Below, piece after piece: positions 19,343 to 29,293 of a stretch of DNA of 64,000 nucleotides (its first letter is position 1; every line of letters begins with the position of its first letter). Below the pieces are notes generated by a model. That model made no database searches and was not told where the DNA came from. It saw only the letters and a program-made list of their open reading frames with translations. The stretch is taken from positions 122,055 through 186,054 of IMG/VR virus record IMGVR_UViG_3300024348_000001; one strand, written 5' to 3'. This DNA comes from a virus. The translations under genes and the position numbers were made by a program.

Positions 19343-19351
19343 GGCAATTCC

Positions 19352-19657
19352 TTATGCTTGGTTGTTAAAGAAAGTTTGGCCTACGGCGCCACCATTAGCA
19401 TACAGATCCCGACCAGTCGCCCAATAGTTTGGTGATTTTGGTGGAGATACTGCGCTTGAATTGGCTGCGGCAATTGAAGCCAGAGTCGTCAAACGACCGG
19501 CGACATTGTAAACGGTGATTTCACCCAGAGTCGTCGGACCCGAAGGTGCAGGAGTCGGCGTACCAGAAGACTGCGAGTAAGGACCTTGCAGTGTCAGTGA
19601 TTGATCGACGTATGGACCGGCAGCGGCAGTGCTAGACATAGGAAATCCTCCCGACAA
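19352..19657 (-). CDS. Hypothetical protein downstream of major capsid gene
   Basis: Co-oriented ORF; likely start at ATG 19639 behind a GGAGG RBS. Confidence 0.5.
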   Translation of the reverse strand: MSGGFPMSSTAAAGPYVDQSLTLQGPYSQSSGTPTPAPSGPTTLGEITVYNVAGRLTTLASIAAANSSAVSPPKSPNYWATGRDLYANGGAVGQTFFNNQA

Positions 19658-19658
19658 A

Positions 19659-19682
19659 CCCGGAGCCCCTAAGAGCTCCGGG
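19659..19682 (-). terminator. Hairpin/terminator after major capsid gene
   Basis: CCCGGAGC-8 nt-GCTCCGGG stem, then TTTG on the minus strand. Confidence 0.5.
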
Positions 19683-19695
19683 CTTGACCGTTTGA

Positions 19696-20634
19696 TCAGG
19701 CAAAGTCAACACGGGCCAGACCGGAAGTGTGTCCGATCGATCCGCCGAGGGTTTCATAAGCGAAGAACTCAATCATGTACGCTTCGCGACGGATGTACAT
19801 GGTGGTGTCTTCGAGAACGTACGACTTGCCGATGAACTTGGGGTCGGCGAAGTGATAGAAGGTGTTGGTTGGAACCAGACCCTTCTTGATGGTGACGACC
19901 CAACGGACACCCATGAATTCTTGAGCGGACCAGCCGTTTTTCATGATGTCTTCGCTGATCTGACCACCCATTTCGTTCCAACCGAACTTGCACACTTCCT
20001 TGATGGTAATGTTGTTCAGAAGGACCGAGTGCACTTCGAGGTTGCTCGGAGTGTTTGGCATGATCTTGAGCGAATCCCAAAGGGTATCGCGAGTGATACC
20101 GCCGGAGATGGTTTCGTACTGGACGGTGCCCGAGGTGGGAACAGTCAGACCAGCGCCTACGAGGGCGGTGTTCACAGCGCGAAGGAACTTGCTGTCTTCT
20201 TCAGCCAGCATGTCCTTGATACTGTTGTCCGACAACACCTGACGGATGTCCATGATCCAAGTTCTTAGTTCATCCACGTCTTTCGTAAAACGTGGGGTAA
20301 CGATACGGTCAAACATAACGCGGTAACGAGGACCACGGATGTAGAGGTTGGTCGGCAGAGTTGCGAAAGGAATCGAGATAGCTGCTGGGCTATCAGGTTC
20401 CTTGTCAACGATCTTTACTGGCTTGTCGGTGTCAACCTGACGATCCAGTTCGTCGTTGGTGATTGGAATCGGCGGCATAATCCGACGATAGAAACCATCT
20501 TCTCTCATTTTCGTGCGGGTAAAGTCATTGACAGCGTCAATAGCTTCCTTTTCCAGCATCGGGTCGCGAGAAGACAACTTCTCGAACACCGCGCGAGAAA
20601 TAAGCTTGCTCTCATCTTGAGTCAAAGCGGCCAT
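19696..20634 (-). CDS. Major capsid protein (HK97-like fold)
   Basis: 312 aa with strongly biased codons and GGAGG RBS, downstream of protease-scaffold-decoration genes. Contains DMLAEEDSKFL and FFAYETLGGSIG...ARVDF. Confidence 0.75.
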   Translation of the reverse strand: MAALTQDESKLISRAVFEKLSSRDPMLEKEAIDAVNDFTRTKMREDGFYRRIMPPIPITNDELDRQVDTDKPVKIVDKEPDSPAAISIPFATLPTNLYIRGPRYRVMFDRIVTPRFTKDVDELRTWIMDIRQVLSDNSIKDMLAEEDSKFLRAVNTALVGAGLTVPTSGTVQYETISGGITRDTLWDSLKIMPNTPSNLEVHSVLLNNITIKEVCKFGWNEMGGQISEDIMKNGWSAQEFMGVRWVVTIKKGLVPTNTFYHFADPKFIGKSYVLEDTTMYIRREAYMIEFFAYETLGGSIGHTSGLARVDFA

Positions 20635-20669
20635 GAGAATCCTCCAGTTAGTTGGTTAAGTCTAATTCC

Positions 20670-21209
20670 TTACGCGTGGAACACAGGGCAAGGCCAGAAC
20701 GCAAGGCCGGTTGAGCCGTACCCGTTGTCCACGAGGCCGCGAGAAACGATACCCACAATCATGTTGGTACCAATTGTACCGCCAACCAACTTGCCAGCAG
20801 TTGTAGAGCCGGAAGTGGACGAAGTCAGCGGAGTATTGGGAGGATAGGAACCGGCAACGTAGGCGGTGCTGACCAACTCGTAAGCGCCGGTGGCGACGAG
20901 GGCCAAAGCCTGACCGGTTGGGTTGATGGCAATCCATACACCCTTTTCGGTTGCGGGATCACCGCTTTCGTTCTGAACGTCAGGATCGCTAGATCCGTTG
21001 AACACGAACAAAGGCATGCGGTTGGTGTTGCCAACGCCCAGTTCGTATTCGCCGCTGCTGTTCAGGTGAACAACAGATCCGGGAAGAACTTCAGTAACAA
21101 TGTCAAAAACACTACTAGCAAACGGAGCACTGTAGTCCAGCGCCGTCATGCTAGGCCAGCCCTTAAGGGCATTCAGCGTGTAAGCGGTAATAGAACGCGG
21201 AGCAGCCAT
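20670..21209 (-). CDS. Capsid decoration/cement protein
   Basis: 179 aa, beta-rich, directly upstream of the major capsid gene. Confidence 0.55.
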   Translation of the reverse strand: MAAPRSITAYTLNALKGWPSMTALDYSAPFASSVFDIVTEVLPGSVVHLNSSGEYELGVGNTNRMPLFVFNGSSDPDVQNESGDPATEKGVWIAINPTGQALALVATGAYELVSTAYVAGSYPPNTPLTSSTSGSTTAGKLVGGTIGTNMIVGIVSRGLVDNGYGSTGLAFWPCPVFHA

Positions 21210-21248
21210 AGTAAAACCTCCAAAGTAAAAGCAACAGGTGTTTTAGAA

Positions 21249-21704
21249 TCAGCCAGCCAATCCGGCTAACTTCATCAGCGGAAGATCAGACGCTTTAATT
21301 TCAGACGTCTTGCCACCTACAACACCGGTAAGTGAGTTGTAAGAACTGCCATTACGTGAAGCAAACCCAGCTTGCTTCTCTTCCCCAACGGCTCTTCCAA
21401 GTTCGCCGGAGGTGGATTCACTAGCTTGCTTGCGGTATCCAGCAGTCTTCTGTGCAAGATTTTCAAGCAATTCCAGTGTGTGGGCGTGCGACGAAAGCAA
21501 TGCAGCCGCTTCCTTTTCGCGTCCTTGGGGCACGAAGCCCAAATTTACAAGCAACTGCAAAGTACCAGAACGCTTTTCAGCGGCCTGTTTCTCGCTGTTC
21601 CTGTACGAGGCGAGTACTGCGTTCGCCTTCTTTTCATACGCACCTGCCACTTCAGCAAGTGTAAGTGCGTTATTCAGTACGACAGCCATATTAGGATCAA
21701 GCAC
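21249..21704 (-). CDS. Scaffold-like head protein
   Basis: Helical 151 aa with six K-x-A motifs (EKKAN, EKQAA, EKEAA, QKTAG, RKQAS, EKQAG). Confidence 0.5.
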   Translation of the reverse strand: MLDPNMAVVLNNALTLAEVAGAYEKKANAVLASYRNSEKQAAEKRSGTLQLLVNLGFVPQGREKEAAALLSSHAHTLELLENLAQKTAGYRKQASESTSGELGRAVGEEKQAGFASRNGSSYNSLTGVVGGKTSEIKASDLPLMKLAGLAG

Positions 21705-21734
21705 TGGATCGTCCTCCTTTAAGACAATGTGTAC

Positions 21735-22991
21735 TTAGCGCTTCTTCGAGCGAGAAAAAACTTCAGTCAAATAGCTTTCGGCCATTTTCGCCAGTGCCCG
21801 TTGCGTACGAGCCGATGACATTTTTTCGGAAGGAGCGGGAGGAAGTCCAGCACCTGCTTCAGCACCTTCATCGCCACCGTGGCCACCTTGCAGCAATGCC
21901 ATGATTTCTTCTTCAGGGATGCCCATTTGCTTGAGGGCTTCAATCAATTGTTCGGCTTTGGCCATTTCGTCGCCGCCTTCGCCGCCACCGTGGCCTTCTG
22001 CGCCCATACCACCGAGTGACGCAAGCATTTCAGCTTCGTTGCCGCCGGGTGCGCCACCCGCGCCACCCATGCCGCCGGGAGGTGCACCGCCGCCACCCTG
22101 AGCAACCGCTTCCTGCAACATGTCAGCTTCGGCCTGCTTACGCAGTTCGGCGCTGTGTGCAAGATGGTATTCAGCAAGCAAGTCAGCCTTCAACGATGCT
22201 GCTTTCACAATGTCGGAAAGCACTGAATGCACCATGTTGTCAGTTGCTTGTTTGTCCGAAATAACATTAGCAAGATCGTAACCAACTAATTGCGCAAGTT
22301 CGCCGTCAACGGCTTCTTTGTGCTCAAAGCGTTCTTGCTTCTTAGTTTCTTTTTTTTCGTGTGCATAGCCGTGGGTGCTTTCGTCTTCTGCCTTCTTAGC
22401 AGTCCACGCCACGTGTGCAATCTGTGCGACAAGCTCGTTGCCAATGTCGTTCATGTACGAAGCCAACTTCTCAAGTGAAGTGTAGTTGTCGTACGAGAAC
22501 TTGTGGCCGTCGAGGCTTTCGTTATCGGTACGGGCGGGATGCGCTGAATCCGAATCCTTCTTCCCGGCTTTGGCCGAGTTGGTTTCGTTAGCTGGATCTT
22601 CGCCGGTGGGTTGTTTGTTGGTACCGATTTGCAATTGGTCATCAGCTGCGCTACCGGGAGTAGAGACAGCGGATTCACTGCGCTTGACGTTGTACGTTGG
22701 CATTGCGGCGTAACGCGAAAGACCAGAAAGAATGTCGCGAGCGGACTTGGCAGTCGCAGCGCTATTAACGCCAACGGCACCCTGATCCTCTTTAACATCC
22801 TTATCGTTCTCGGCGCTGCGCGCACCTTCCTGAGCGACTTCGGTACGATCATCCACATCCTTCACAGGATGCGTTGTACCGCGTTGATAACCGCCAGCTT
22901 CGGTATTAGCTTCCGCACGCTTGACGGAGCCGCCAACGGTTGCCAGAAACTGTTCGATCGTATTGATCGAATTTTGCAATGAGGTGGACAT
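21735..22991 (-). CDS. Scaffold/core protein
   Basis: 418 aa, acidic and low complexity, between protease and major capsid genes; many K-x-A/S motifs and a Gly/Met/Pro tract. Confidence 0.55.
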   Translation of the reverse strand: MSTSLQNSINTIEQFLATVGGSVKRAEANTEAGGYQRGTTHPVKDVDDRTEVAQEGARSAENDKDVKEDQGAVGVNSAATAKSARDILSGLSRYAAMPTYNVKRSESAVSTPGSAADDQLQIGTNKQPTGEDPANETNSAKAGKKDSDSAHPARTDNESLDGHKFSYDNYTSLEKLASYMNDIGNELVAQIAHVAWTAKKAEDESTHGYAHEKKETKKQERFEHKEAVDGELAQLVGYDLANVISDKQATDNMVHSVLSDIVKAASLKADLLAEYHLAHSAELRKQAEADMLQEAVAQGGGGAPPGGMGGAGGAPGGNEAEMLASLGGMGAEGHGGGEGGDEMAKAEQLIEALKQMGIPEEEIMALLQGGHGGDEGAEAGAGLPPAPSEKMSSARTQRALAKMAESYLTEVFSRSKKR

Positions 22992-23066
22992 CTCTTAGTG
23001 GCTCCTCTCGCCGGTTTGGTGTTCCTAAGAACCGCCATCCTCGGGTGGAATAACGAGCGAAAGCTG

Positions 23067-24572
23067 TTACACAACCTGATTTTGGCACAGACTCATCCTG
23101 CAAGTCAACAAAAAGTCAGCATTAGATTCTGTAGAAGCAATTTTAGTAAGAGCAGCAAGTTTATAAATAGCATACTCTCGCGCCAACGTCTCTCCAGAAC
23201 CGCCTACCGCCGCAATTCCATAAGTATCTATTACTTCTGGAACAGGATGCTGCCGCAGTGTAGACAACATACATCGACTATCCACTGCGGTTTTTTCTAA
23301 CGAATAACTTGACACTGCTCTGAGGGCGGCGTCACGTTGTGCTACCGATGATTGTTTTTCCAAAAGGGAATAACGAGAATTGCAAATATGCCGATCCAAA
23401 GAACCATCGGCAAGCATTCGACCATATACTCCCGGAAGTCGTCGCTGTGCATCAACAACAACCTCATGTGCCGTTTTGCAAAATTTAGCGTATTCCCGTA
23501 ATGGTAAAATAATCTTGCGCTCGGCCAAAGCACTTAAGGCCGCAGCTGTCTTTTCTGTGTCATTCACCAGCATCTGCAAATCCGCATAATTCAAACCAGC
23601 CTGTACGTTAGCAGCAAATGCTCTGCGTGTTTCTGAAGGTAACAACGCCCCTTGTTCAAGTACGTCAAGACCATACGCCAATTTTACCTGAACATTGACC
23701 CAAGGCCTATCGTATCTGTTGTGATCTTGCTGCAATACCAAAGATAGTGGCGCAACAACACCAAGAGCTTCTGCGGCCTCGGCTCCAAACTTGTCAAAGA
23801 AACCGCCGTCTGATGCAGCCTTCTGAAGCCAGTCAGCTTTATTGGCATAAGCAATACGGTCTGCGGGACGGAATACAAAAGAAATGTCAAAGTAACCGGG
23901 ATTAGGATTATCGACGTGCAGGTGATGCACGTCGTTACCCACTTTAATTAAGCGTGTGAGATTATCTTTGCATCCGCCTGCCTTGCACATCGAAGACGTG
24001 CAATATTCATCTCGTGTGCGCGCGCTGTGATTGCAGTAACTACAAACATCGTGGGCTACACGACAAGCCATGCTCACAGGGAGGTCTTGGCCCATAGCTA
24101 GTTTTTCAAGTTCTTTGTCCGCAACAAAACCTTTATTGCGTTCGGCAGCTTCTTTGGTTTTGTTAAGTCCTACAAGAAGTTCAACACGACGCATGGTGGG
24201 ATTGTAAGCAGACAGTTTTACAGAACCGTAACTCTGGAGTGGATCTTTGTTCTTGTGGTTGCGGTACCATTTAGCGTGCTTAACAAAAGAATCATGGCAC
24301 GATTTGCAAGTAGCTTCTTTGAATCCATCCCCGTTGCGATTGGGACCATAAGCTTCTGAGGCACCCAAAGCAATAAGATGCACAGGTTCTTCGTCTGCTG
24401 CAAATTTAACTTTGTCTAAGTATGGCAAAAAGATGTTAGCGGCATCTCCAGCCCTTTTAACGAAGTCAGATCTGTCCGCACCAGTAAGGCCACGGGACGC
24501 AATCTTAATCGTCGAAGCGATTGGGGCGTCGAAGTCCCAACCGCTTGGACTGATGATTTTGACCATTGCCAT
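23067..24572 (-). CDS. Prohead (capsid maturation) protease
   Basis: NRNGDGF, YRNHK (candidate catalytic His), PVSMAC (candidate catalytic Ser), followed by a CSYC...C...C zinc ribbon; lies upstream of scaffold and capsid genes. Confidence 0.7.
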   Translation of the reverse strand: MAMVKIISPSGWDFDAPIASTIKIASRGLTGADRSDFVKRAGDAANIFLPYLDKVKFAADEEPVHLIALGASEAYGPNRNGDGFKEATCKSCHDSFVKHAKWYRNHKNKDPLQSYGSVKLSAYNPTMRRVELLVGLNKTKEAAERNKGFVADKELEKLAMGQDLPVSMACRVAHDVCSYCNHSARTRDEYCTSSMCKAGGCKDNLTRLIKVGNDVHHLHVDNPNPGYFDISFVFRPADRIAYANKADWLQKAASDGGFFDKFGAEAAEALGVVAPLSLVLQQDHNRYDRPWVNVQVKLAYGLDVLEQGALLPSETRRAFAANVQAGLNYADLQMLVNDTEKTAAALSALAERKIILPLREYAKFCKTAHEVVVDAQRRLPGVYGRMLADGSLDRHICNSRYSLLEKQSSVAQRDAALRAVSSYSLEKTAVDSRCMLSTLRQHPVPEVIDTYGIAAVGGSGETLAREYAIYKLAALTKIASTESNADFLLTCRMSLCQNQVV

Positions 24573-24589
24573 GGTATTGTCCTCAGTCT

Positions 24590-26344
24590 TTACTTAGATT
24601 GTCCGTCTCTAAACTTTGCCAGCCTTTCGGCGATCAATTTGCGCGCTATTTCATTAAGCGCAGTGCTTTCTCTTGTTTGTTCAAGGAAAGTACCGGGCTG
24701 CTCTGCGGGATTTTTTGGATCGCCGTACAGCAAAGGTTGTACAAGATTTTCATAACCTTTTTCAACAAGATACGGGCCTACGCCTAAAAGAGCTGCCATG
24801 CGCGTGCGTGGTGCTAAATGGTGATGCCACGGCAACAAACCTTTTACGGGTCCTTTAGGATTGTTTACTTCCATTTTTACCTGATCGCGCAATTCCTTCG
24901 GGTTATAAGAACCTCTAGCAACAGCTTCTGCCTGTGCCTTAGTTTGCTCCGTGTGTGCTGCTTCTAGCCGCTCGCTAGTCATAGCTTCATTTCTTGCCAC
25001 TTGTGCTTTAACTTCGGCTTCTCGCAATTCAGCTAATGCCTCTAGACGGGCTTTAACTGATGCACTATTAGACGGTGCTGTTTGTTGTAACAAATTTTGC
25101 TCTGCGGGCGTAAGAGGTGCTAAACCTACGGTAGATTTATAACTTTCAAGTTTTTTACGCAGCGTTTCAAATGTATCAATGTTCGGTTTAAACGCGTCTC
25201 GCGCTGCTTCAATTCTTGCTGCTTCGGTCTTAAACGCTTCTTGTGCCGCAGTCTGACCTTCTCCGACAACAGACGGCATCTTCTTATTACGCCAAGTAAA
25301 AGGATTTTTAGTTCTAGGATTAAGATCGTCGGGTAACGTTACGTTCGACGGAGAGAAATCGGTAATACCTCGAAATGCCGACAAACCATCAACAACTCGG
25401 TTCATTACATTAGTGCGTCGCGCAGCTCGCTCCGCTGGACTACCGTGTGTACCCACAAGTTCATTAATTTTTGTAGCTACCTTTCCTGTGGGCTCTGTAT
25501 TTATAACTTTTTCCAATTCGCGCAAATTTACAGTTCTATCTGTAGATTTGGCTCCCATAACAGCACCTGCGCTCTGTAAACCGGCCTGTATTGTCTTAAA
25601 AGCATTAGCATCAATGTCAGCCGGTCCTCCAAGTCCCTTTAATCCAGTAGCCATATCTTCGTGCATCGTTGGCAATGGTAACGGTTTACCGTCTGAACCG
25701 ACCGGCATCGTGGCGGCTACTTGATCTTGCGTAGTGCCCATATTTTTTATGTTGCCGCTATTTTGCTCGGCCAACACTGCTTCTTGTTCCAATTTTGGCA
25801 CGGTTGCTTGCACAACAGGATCTGGAGACTTGCGTGCAGTATCAAGCTCCTCTCTCTTTTTAGTCGCTGCCGTAGTCGATGCACTGGTGTAATTTGACAC
25901 ATTGTTTTCGTCAGGAGGAAGATACGTGCGATCGCTTGTAACAATGTCTTTGTGCGCTTTTGCTGAATCGGCCGTAGACCGAGGTACATCTTCTTTGGCA
26001 GGATCGGGTGCGCGCAACGCAGAATAACCAAGACCGCCGGCAAGACCCAATGCACCGCCGCCACCGATACCCAACAAAGCATTATTAAAGACGGATTTAC
26101 GGTCTTCCTTTTTGCGGAACAAGTTAGCAGCGGCCGTAGAACCACCACCCAAAACACCGCCCAACAAAGCACCGGCACCTGCGCCAACCGCAGCAGGATT
26201 GTTTTTGAAAGCTGTTACCGCTGTGTCCACAATTCCGGGTTCAGCATTCTTTTCCAAATACCTGTCATAGGCCCGCTTCACACGCGCATGCGCTGCAACG
26301 TTGGCCAAATGTGCCGCAACTTTTTCTAAGATAGCCCGCTGCAT
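24590..26344 (-). CDS. Putative internal/ejection protein with glycine-zipper helices
   Basis: AVGAGAGALLGGVLGGG and GIGGGGALGLAGGLG; N-terminal EKVA, VKRA, EKNA. Confidence 0.5.
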   Translation of the reverse strand: MQRAILEKVAAHLANVAAHARVKRAYDRYLEKNAEPGIVDTAVTAFKNNPAAVGAGAGALLGGVLGGGSTAAANLFRKKEDRKSVFNNALLGIGGGGALGLAGGLGYSALRAPDPAKEDVPRSTADSAKAHKDIVTSDRTYLPPDENNVSNYTSASTTAATKKREELDTARKSPDPVVQATVPKLEQEAVLAEQNSGNIKNMGTTQDQVAATMPVGSDGKPLPLPTMHEDMATGLKGLGGPADIDANAFKTIQAGLQSAGAVMGAKSTDRTVNLRELEKVINTEPTGKVATKINELVGTHGSPAERAARRTNVMNRVVDGLSAFRGITDFSPSNVTLPDDLNPRTKNPFTWRNKKMPSVVGEGQTAAQEAFKTEAARIEAARDAFKPNIDTFETLRKKLESYKSTVGLAPLTPAEQNLLQQTAPSNSASVKARLEALAELREAEVKAQVARNEAMTSERLEAAHTEQTKAQAEAVARGSYNPKELRDQVKMEVNNPKGPVKGLLPWHHHLAPRTRMAALLGVGPYLVEKGYENLVQPLLYGDPKNPAEQPGTFLEQTRESTALNEIARKLIAERLAKFRDGQSK

Positions 26345-26347
26345 GAG

Positions 26348-27727
26348 TCAGCTCCGTTCCTTTTCAGGTGGACGTGAAGGACGCTTAGCCAAAGTAGAAC
26401 CGCCACTACCCAATTCCTTGAGTTTGGTTTCTGTGCCGGTAATTTCTCCCGACTCAAAGGGTTCAACGCGACCAGCTAAACGTCTACGCAATAAAGGCCC
26501 CATAATTCCGGGCTGTTCCGCAGACCGAGGAGCCATAGCCGCAATTTCGTTAAAAGCACTTACCACGCGATCAGGATCATAACCGCTGATAGGATCTTCT
26601 GCATCTGTCATGAACCGATTGAGCATGGCTTGAGTTTTAATTTTACGCATGTCCGTAAGATGGTCTGCACTATCAAGATCCTTCACCATATCAATCGTCT
26701 GGTCTTCTGCGGGACTACCAAATGGCGTCATGGCTGTACGCAACTGGTTGTATGCAAATAATCCCTGTGTGGGAATCACGCCGTTAAACGCTTTTTTTTT
26801 AAAAATACCTTCGTCCTCATCTTCGTCGTCATCTGTATTAATACCACCAGCTTCTTTGTTTACATAAGCGCTTATAACGTCAGCTTCAAGACTCTGAGCG
26901 CATTGAGCAATTTTCAAATACATTTCTTGAGCTTCATGCATTGCGTGCGCCGCTTTAATGTTGTCCCGAATCAAACTGTATGGTGCAGCATTAATGTCGA
27001 TAGGCGCAGCTTGAGGTTTAATTGTTACGGCGGCAGCGCGTTTCTCGCCTGATACCTTAAACGTGCCTACAAACTTTTCCTGCAAACCCAAATGGTTGTA
27101 CACAGAATCCATCAGTGATTTAACGTCAGCTGGATTAAAGAAAGACGATGCGATTTTTTCCACAACCCCAAAAGCTTCTCGATGATCTGCTGGAGTGCGG
27201 AAATATGACACCAGCGATGCAAACTTGCTGTTTACGGCATCTGCTTTAGAAGACAGATCACGCCGTTGTTCTTCTGCTGCAAACTTTAATTTAGTGACGT
27301 GTCCCATTACAGTTTCAAACGTAGGCACAGGAGCGGCTGTCTTTTGAATTTCAGGCAACTTCATGTGCGCTAATTTTTCACGTTCTTTTTCTTTGTACCA
27401 ATTAGATGGAGCCTTGGCGTAGTCCGCGTGCACATCTTCAGCTTTCTTTTCCGATTTACCGTAAATGCGATTAATCACGGCATCAGCATCAGCCAAAGGA
27501 AATTCAGCAAACTTATCAAGGATGTTTTTATTATCTTCTCGTTGTGCTGTTTGTTTGCCCGTGTTGTAGGCAGCGCACACCAACTTAATCTTGCCGGGTG
27601 TGTAGCGTTCGTCTTTAGCAATTTTAGTAATTGCCGCATCAGGTGCCATACCACCGTTAACAAGATCAACGGCTTGTTTAATAGCCGAAAGCAAGTTCTG
27701 CTCTTCGCGTGAATCCAAGGTTTGCAT
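26348..27727 (-). CDS. Putative internal head protein
   Basis: 459 aa helical with more than 10 K-x-A motifs. Confidence 0.55.
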   Translation of the reverse strand: MQTLDSREEQNLLSAIKQAVDLVNGGMAPDAAITKIAKDERYTPGKIKLVCAAYNTGKQTAQREDNKNILDKFAEFPLADADAVINRIYGKSEKKAEDVHADYAKAPSNWYKEKEREKLAHMKLPEIQKTAAPVPTFETVMGHVTKLKFAAEEQRRDLSSKADAVNSKFASLVSYFRTPADHREAFGVVEKIASSFFNPADVKSLMDSVYNHLGLQEKFVGTFKVSGEKRAAAVTIKPQAAPIDINAAPYSLIRDNIKAAHAMHEAQEMYLKIAQCAQSLEADVISAYVNKEAGGINTDDDEDEDEGIFKKKAFNGVIPTQGLFAYNQLRTAMTPFGSPAEDQTIDMVKDLDSADHLTDMRKIKTQAMLNRFMTDAEDPISGYDPDRVVSAFNEIAAMAPRSAEQPGIMGPLLRRRLAGRVEPFESGEITGTETKLKELGSGGSTLAKRPSRPPEKERS

Positions 27728-27738
27728 GACAAGCTCCG

Positions 27739-28806
27739 TTATTTGCTGGTGTGGTCAGCGAGTGCCTTGGTTTGGTCGTCCTTCGTAGGGCGCGGCGGCG
27801 GCAGTGCTGTGCTCTGTATTTCCCTTTGAATATCGTCGTCATCAAACCCAGCCGTTATTTTCAAAACTTCATCCGCACGCAACTCCGCTGCTTCTTCATC
27901 ATAACGTCCAAGTTTCGTCTGCGCCAAAGCCTTCTTGCCCTTATCGCCAATCAACCAGTCAATTCCACCAATCATAGAACTAACAGCCGTCGTCAGATCG
28001 CTGTCATTCTTACGCAAAGAAGTCGCTGATCTATCCAGAGCCAACAACTGAGAGTGTAACCCAAAGATCTCAGCAACGTTGTATCTGTTCAAATCAAACT
28101 TGGTAGCTGCTTGCGCACTTCGTCGCCTGATCGTACCTGTCCAGTACTCGTCCAACCATTCGTTTAGTTTATCAGGTGACTTCAATTTTTTGTCAATTTC
28201 GCACGAAGCAAGGAATGGCTCAAGCACGTGCCTACCGCCAAAATACGCAAACAGCTTTAAAGTCCCATCGTAAAACGGATCGCAAATCGAAATACTGCGA
28301 TCGACAAGATGCTCGTTATGACTATCAGCGTGGCCCGTATTGCGGTTATTAACAAACAGAGACCGCATAATCGAAGGCACGAGGATCATCTTGGTGACCC
28401 AGTCTCGCTTGTCGAGCCTATCACTGACATTAAAAAACAAACGTTCGTACCAGTCGATAGTTTCAAATGTTGTCGGCATCACCTCGGCAATTTCTTCCGA
28501 TGTCATACCCGCCAACAACCGTGCCTGAATAATAAATGGATACGTTGCGTCTTCCGTAGATCGTTCATACAAATCGACTGCGTAATACAGGCCCGGATTC
28601 TCGTAAAACAATTGACGGCGACTTGAATCGTCTTCTTTGTTTTTCCACCTGAGCAAAAAATTACGCGCAACCTTGACGTAATTATCATCCCGCGCGCTGC
28701 ATCTTTTAGGCGCAGGATGATTTTCAAGTAAAGACTTGACGCGATCAAATCTCCATTCCGGTTTACGAAATAGATTAAAGCGTTCAAAATCTGCGTGACC
28801 TAGCAT
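27739..28806 (-). CDS. Hypothetical protein with HTH-like segment
   Basis: ARLLAGMTSEEIAEVM...TIDWYERLFF; largely lacks the K-x-A enrichment of its neighbours. Confidence 0.45.
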   Translation of the reverse strand: MLGHADFERFNLFRKPEWRFDRVKSLLENHPAPKRCSARDDNYVKVARNFLLRWKNKEDDSSRRQLFYENPGLYYAVDLYERSTEDATYPFIIQARLLAGMTSEEIAEVMPTTFETIDWYERLFFNVSDRLDKRDWVTKMILVPSIMRSLFVNNRNTGHADSHNEHLVDRSISICDPFYDGTLKLFAYFGGRHVLEPFLASCEIDKKLKSPDKLNEWLDEYWTGTIRRRSAQAATKFDLNRYNVAEIFGLHSQLLALDRSATSLRKNDSDLTTAVSSMIGGIDWLIGDKGKKALAQTKLGRYDEEAAELRADEVLKITAGFDDDDIQREIQSTALPPPRPTKDDQTKALADHTSK

Positions 28807-28817
28807 TGAATAACCAC

Positions 28818-29285
28818 TTACTTAAAGATTTCCCCAGCAATCGTAACAGCGAAAGTAGCGTTACCTGAAGATCCCGGTACGGTGATCTGGAGGTAAAGCT
28901 TGTGGGGATTACCCAAGCGGTTAGCCATGGTGTCTTTATCTTGATTGAAAAAGACAAAACCACGACCGCCACTGGATGTCTCAGAGAAATATAACAACTT
29001 ACCTGCGGTAGCCGTAAGTGTCGGTGTTACACGGTACAGATCGGGCGGAAGATCGCCTTGGTAATCGCCAACGCTTTCTGACTGATTTGTACCACCAGCA
29101 GCAATAGCGTTGTTAAACAAAATCACTGAGAAGTTTGCTGGAGCACCGTCTGTCTGAATAACGATGATCTTGGAAATCACCGAACGGCTAGGAAAATCAA
29201 TCGTAAAAGTTTCAGTGGCTCCGGCATTTACCACGAAACCACCTTGCGGCGTACATTCATACGGGATAGACATGGCACACTCCAT
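28818..29285 (-). CDS. Hypothetical beta-sandwich virion protein
   Basis: 155 aa beta-rich ORF in the head cluster. Confidence 0.45.
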   Translation of the reverse strand: MECAMSIPYECTPQGGFVVNAGATETFTIDFPSRSVISKIIVIQTDGAPANFSVILFNNAIAAGGTNQSESVGDYQGDLPPDLYRVTPTLTATAGKLLYFSETSSGGRGFVFFNQDKDTMANRLGNPHKLYLQITVPGSSGNATFAVTIAGEIFK

Positions 29286-29293
29286 ACACAGAA

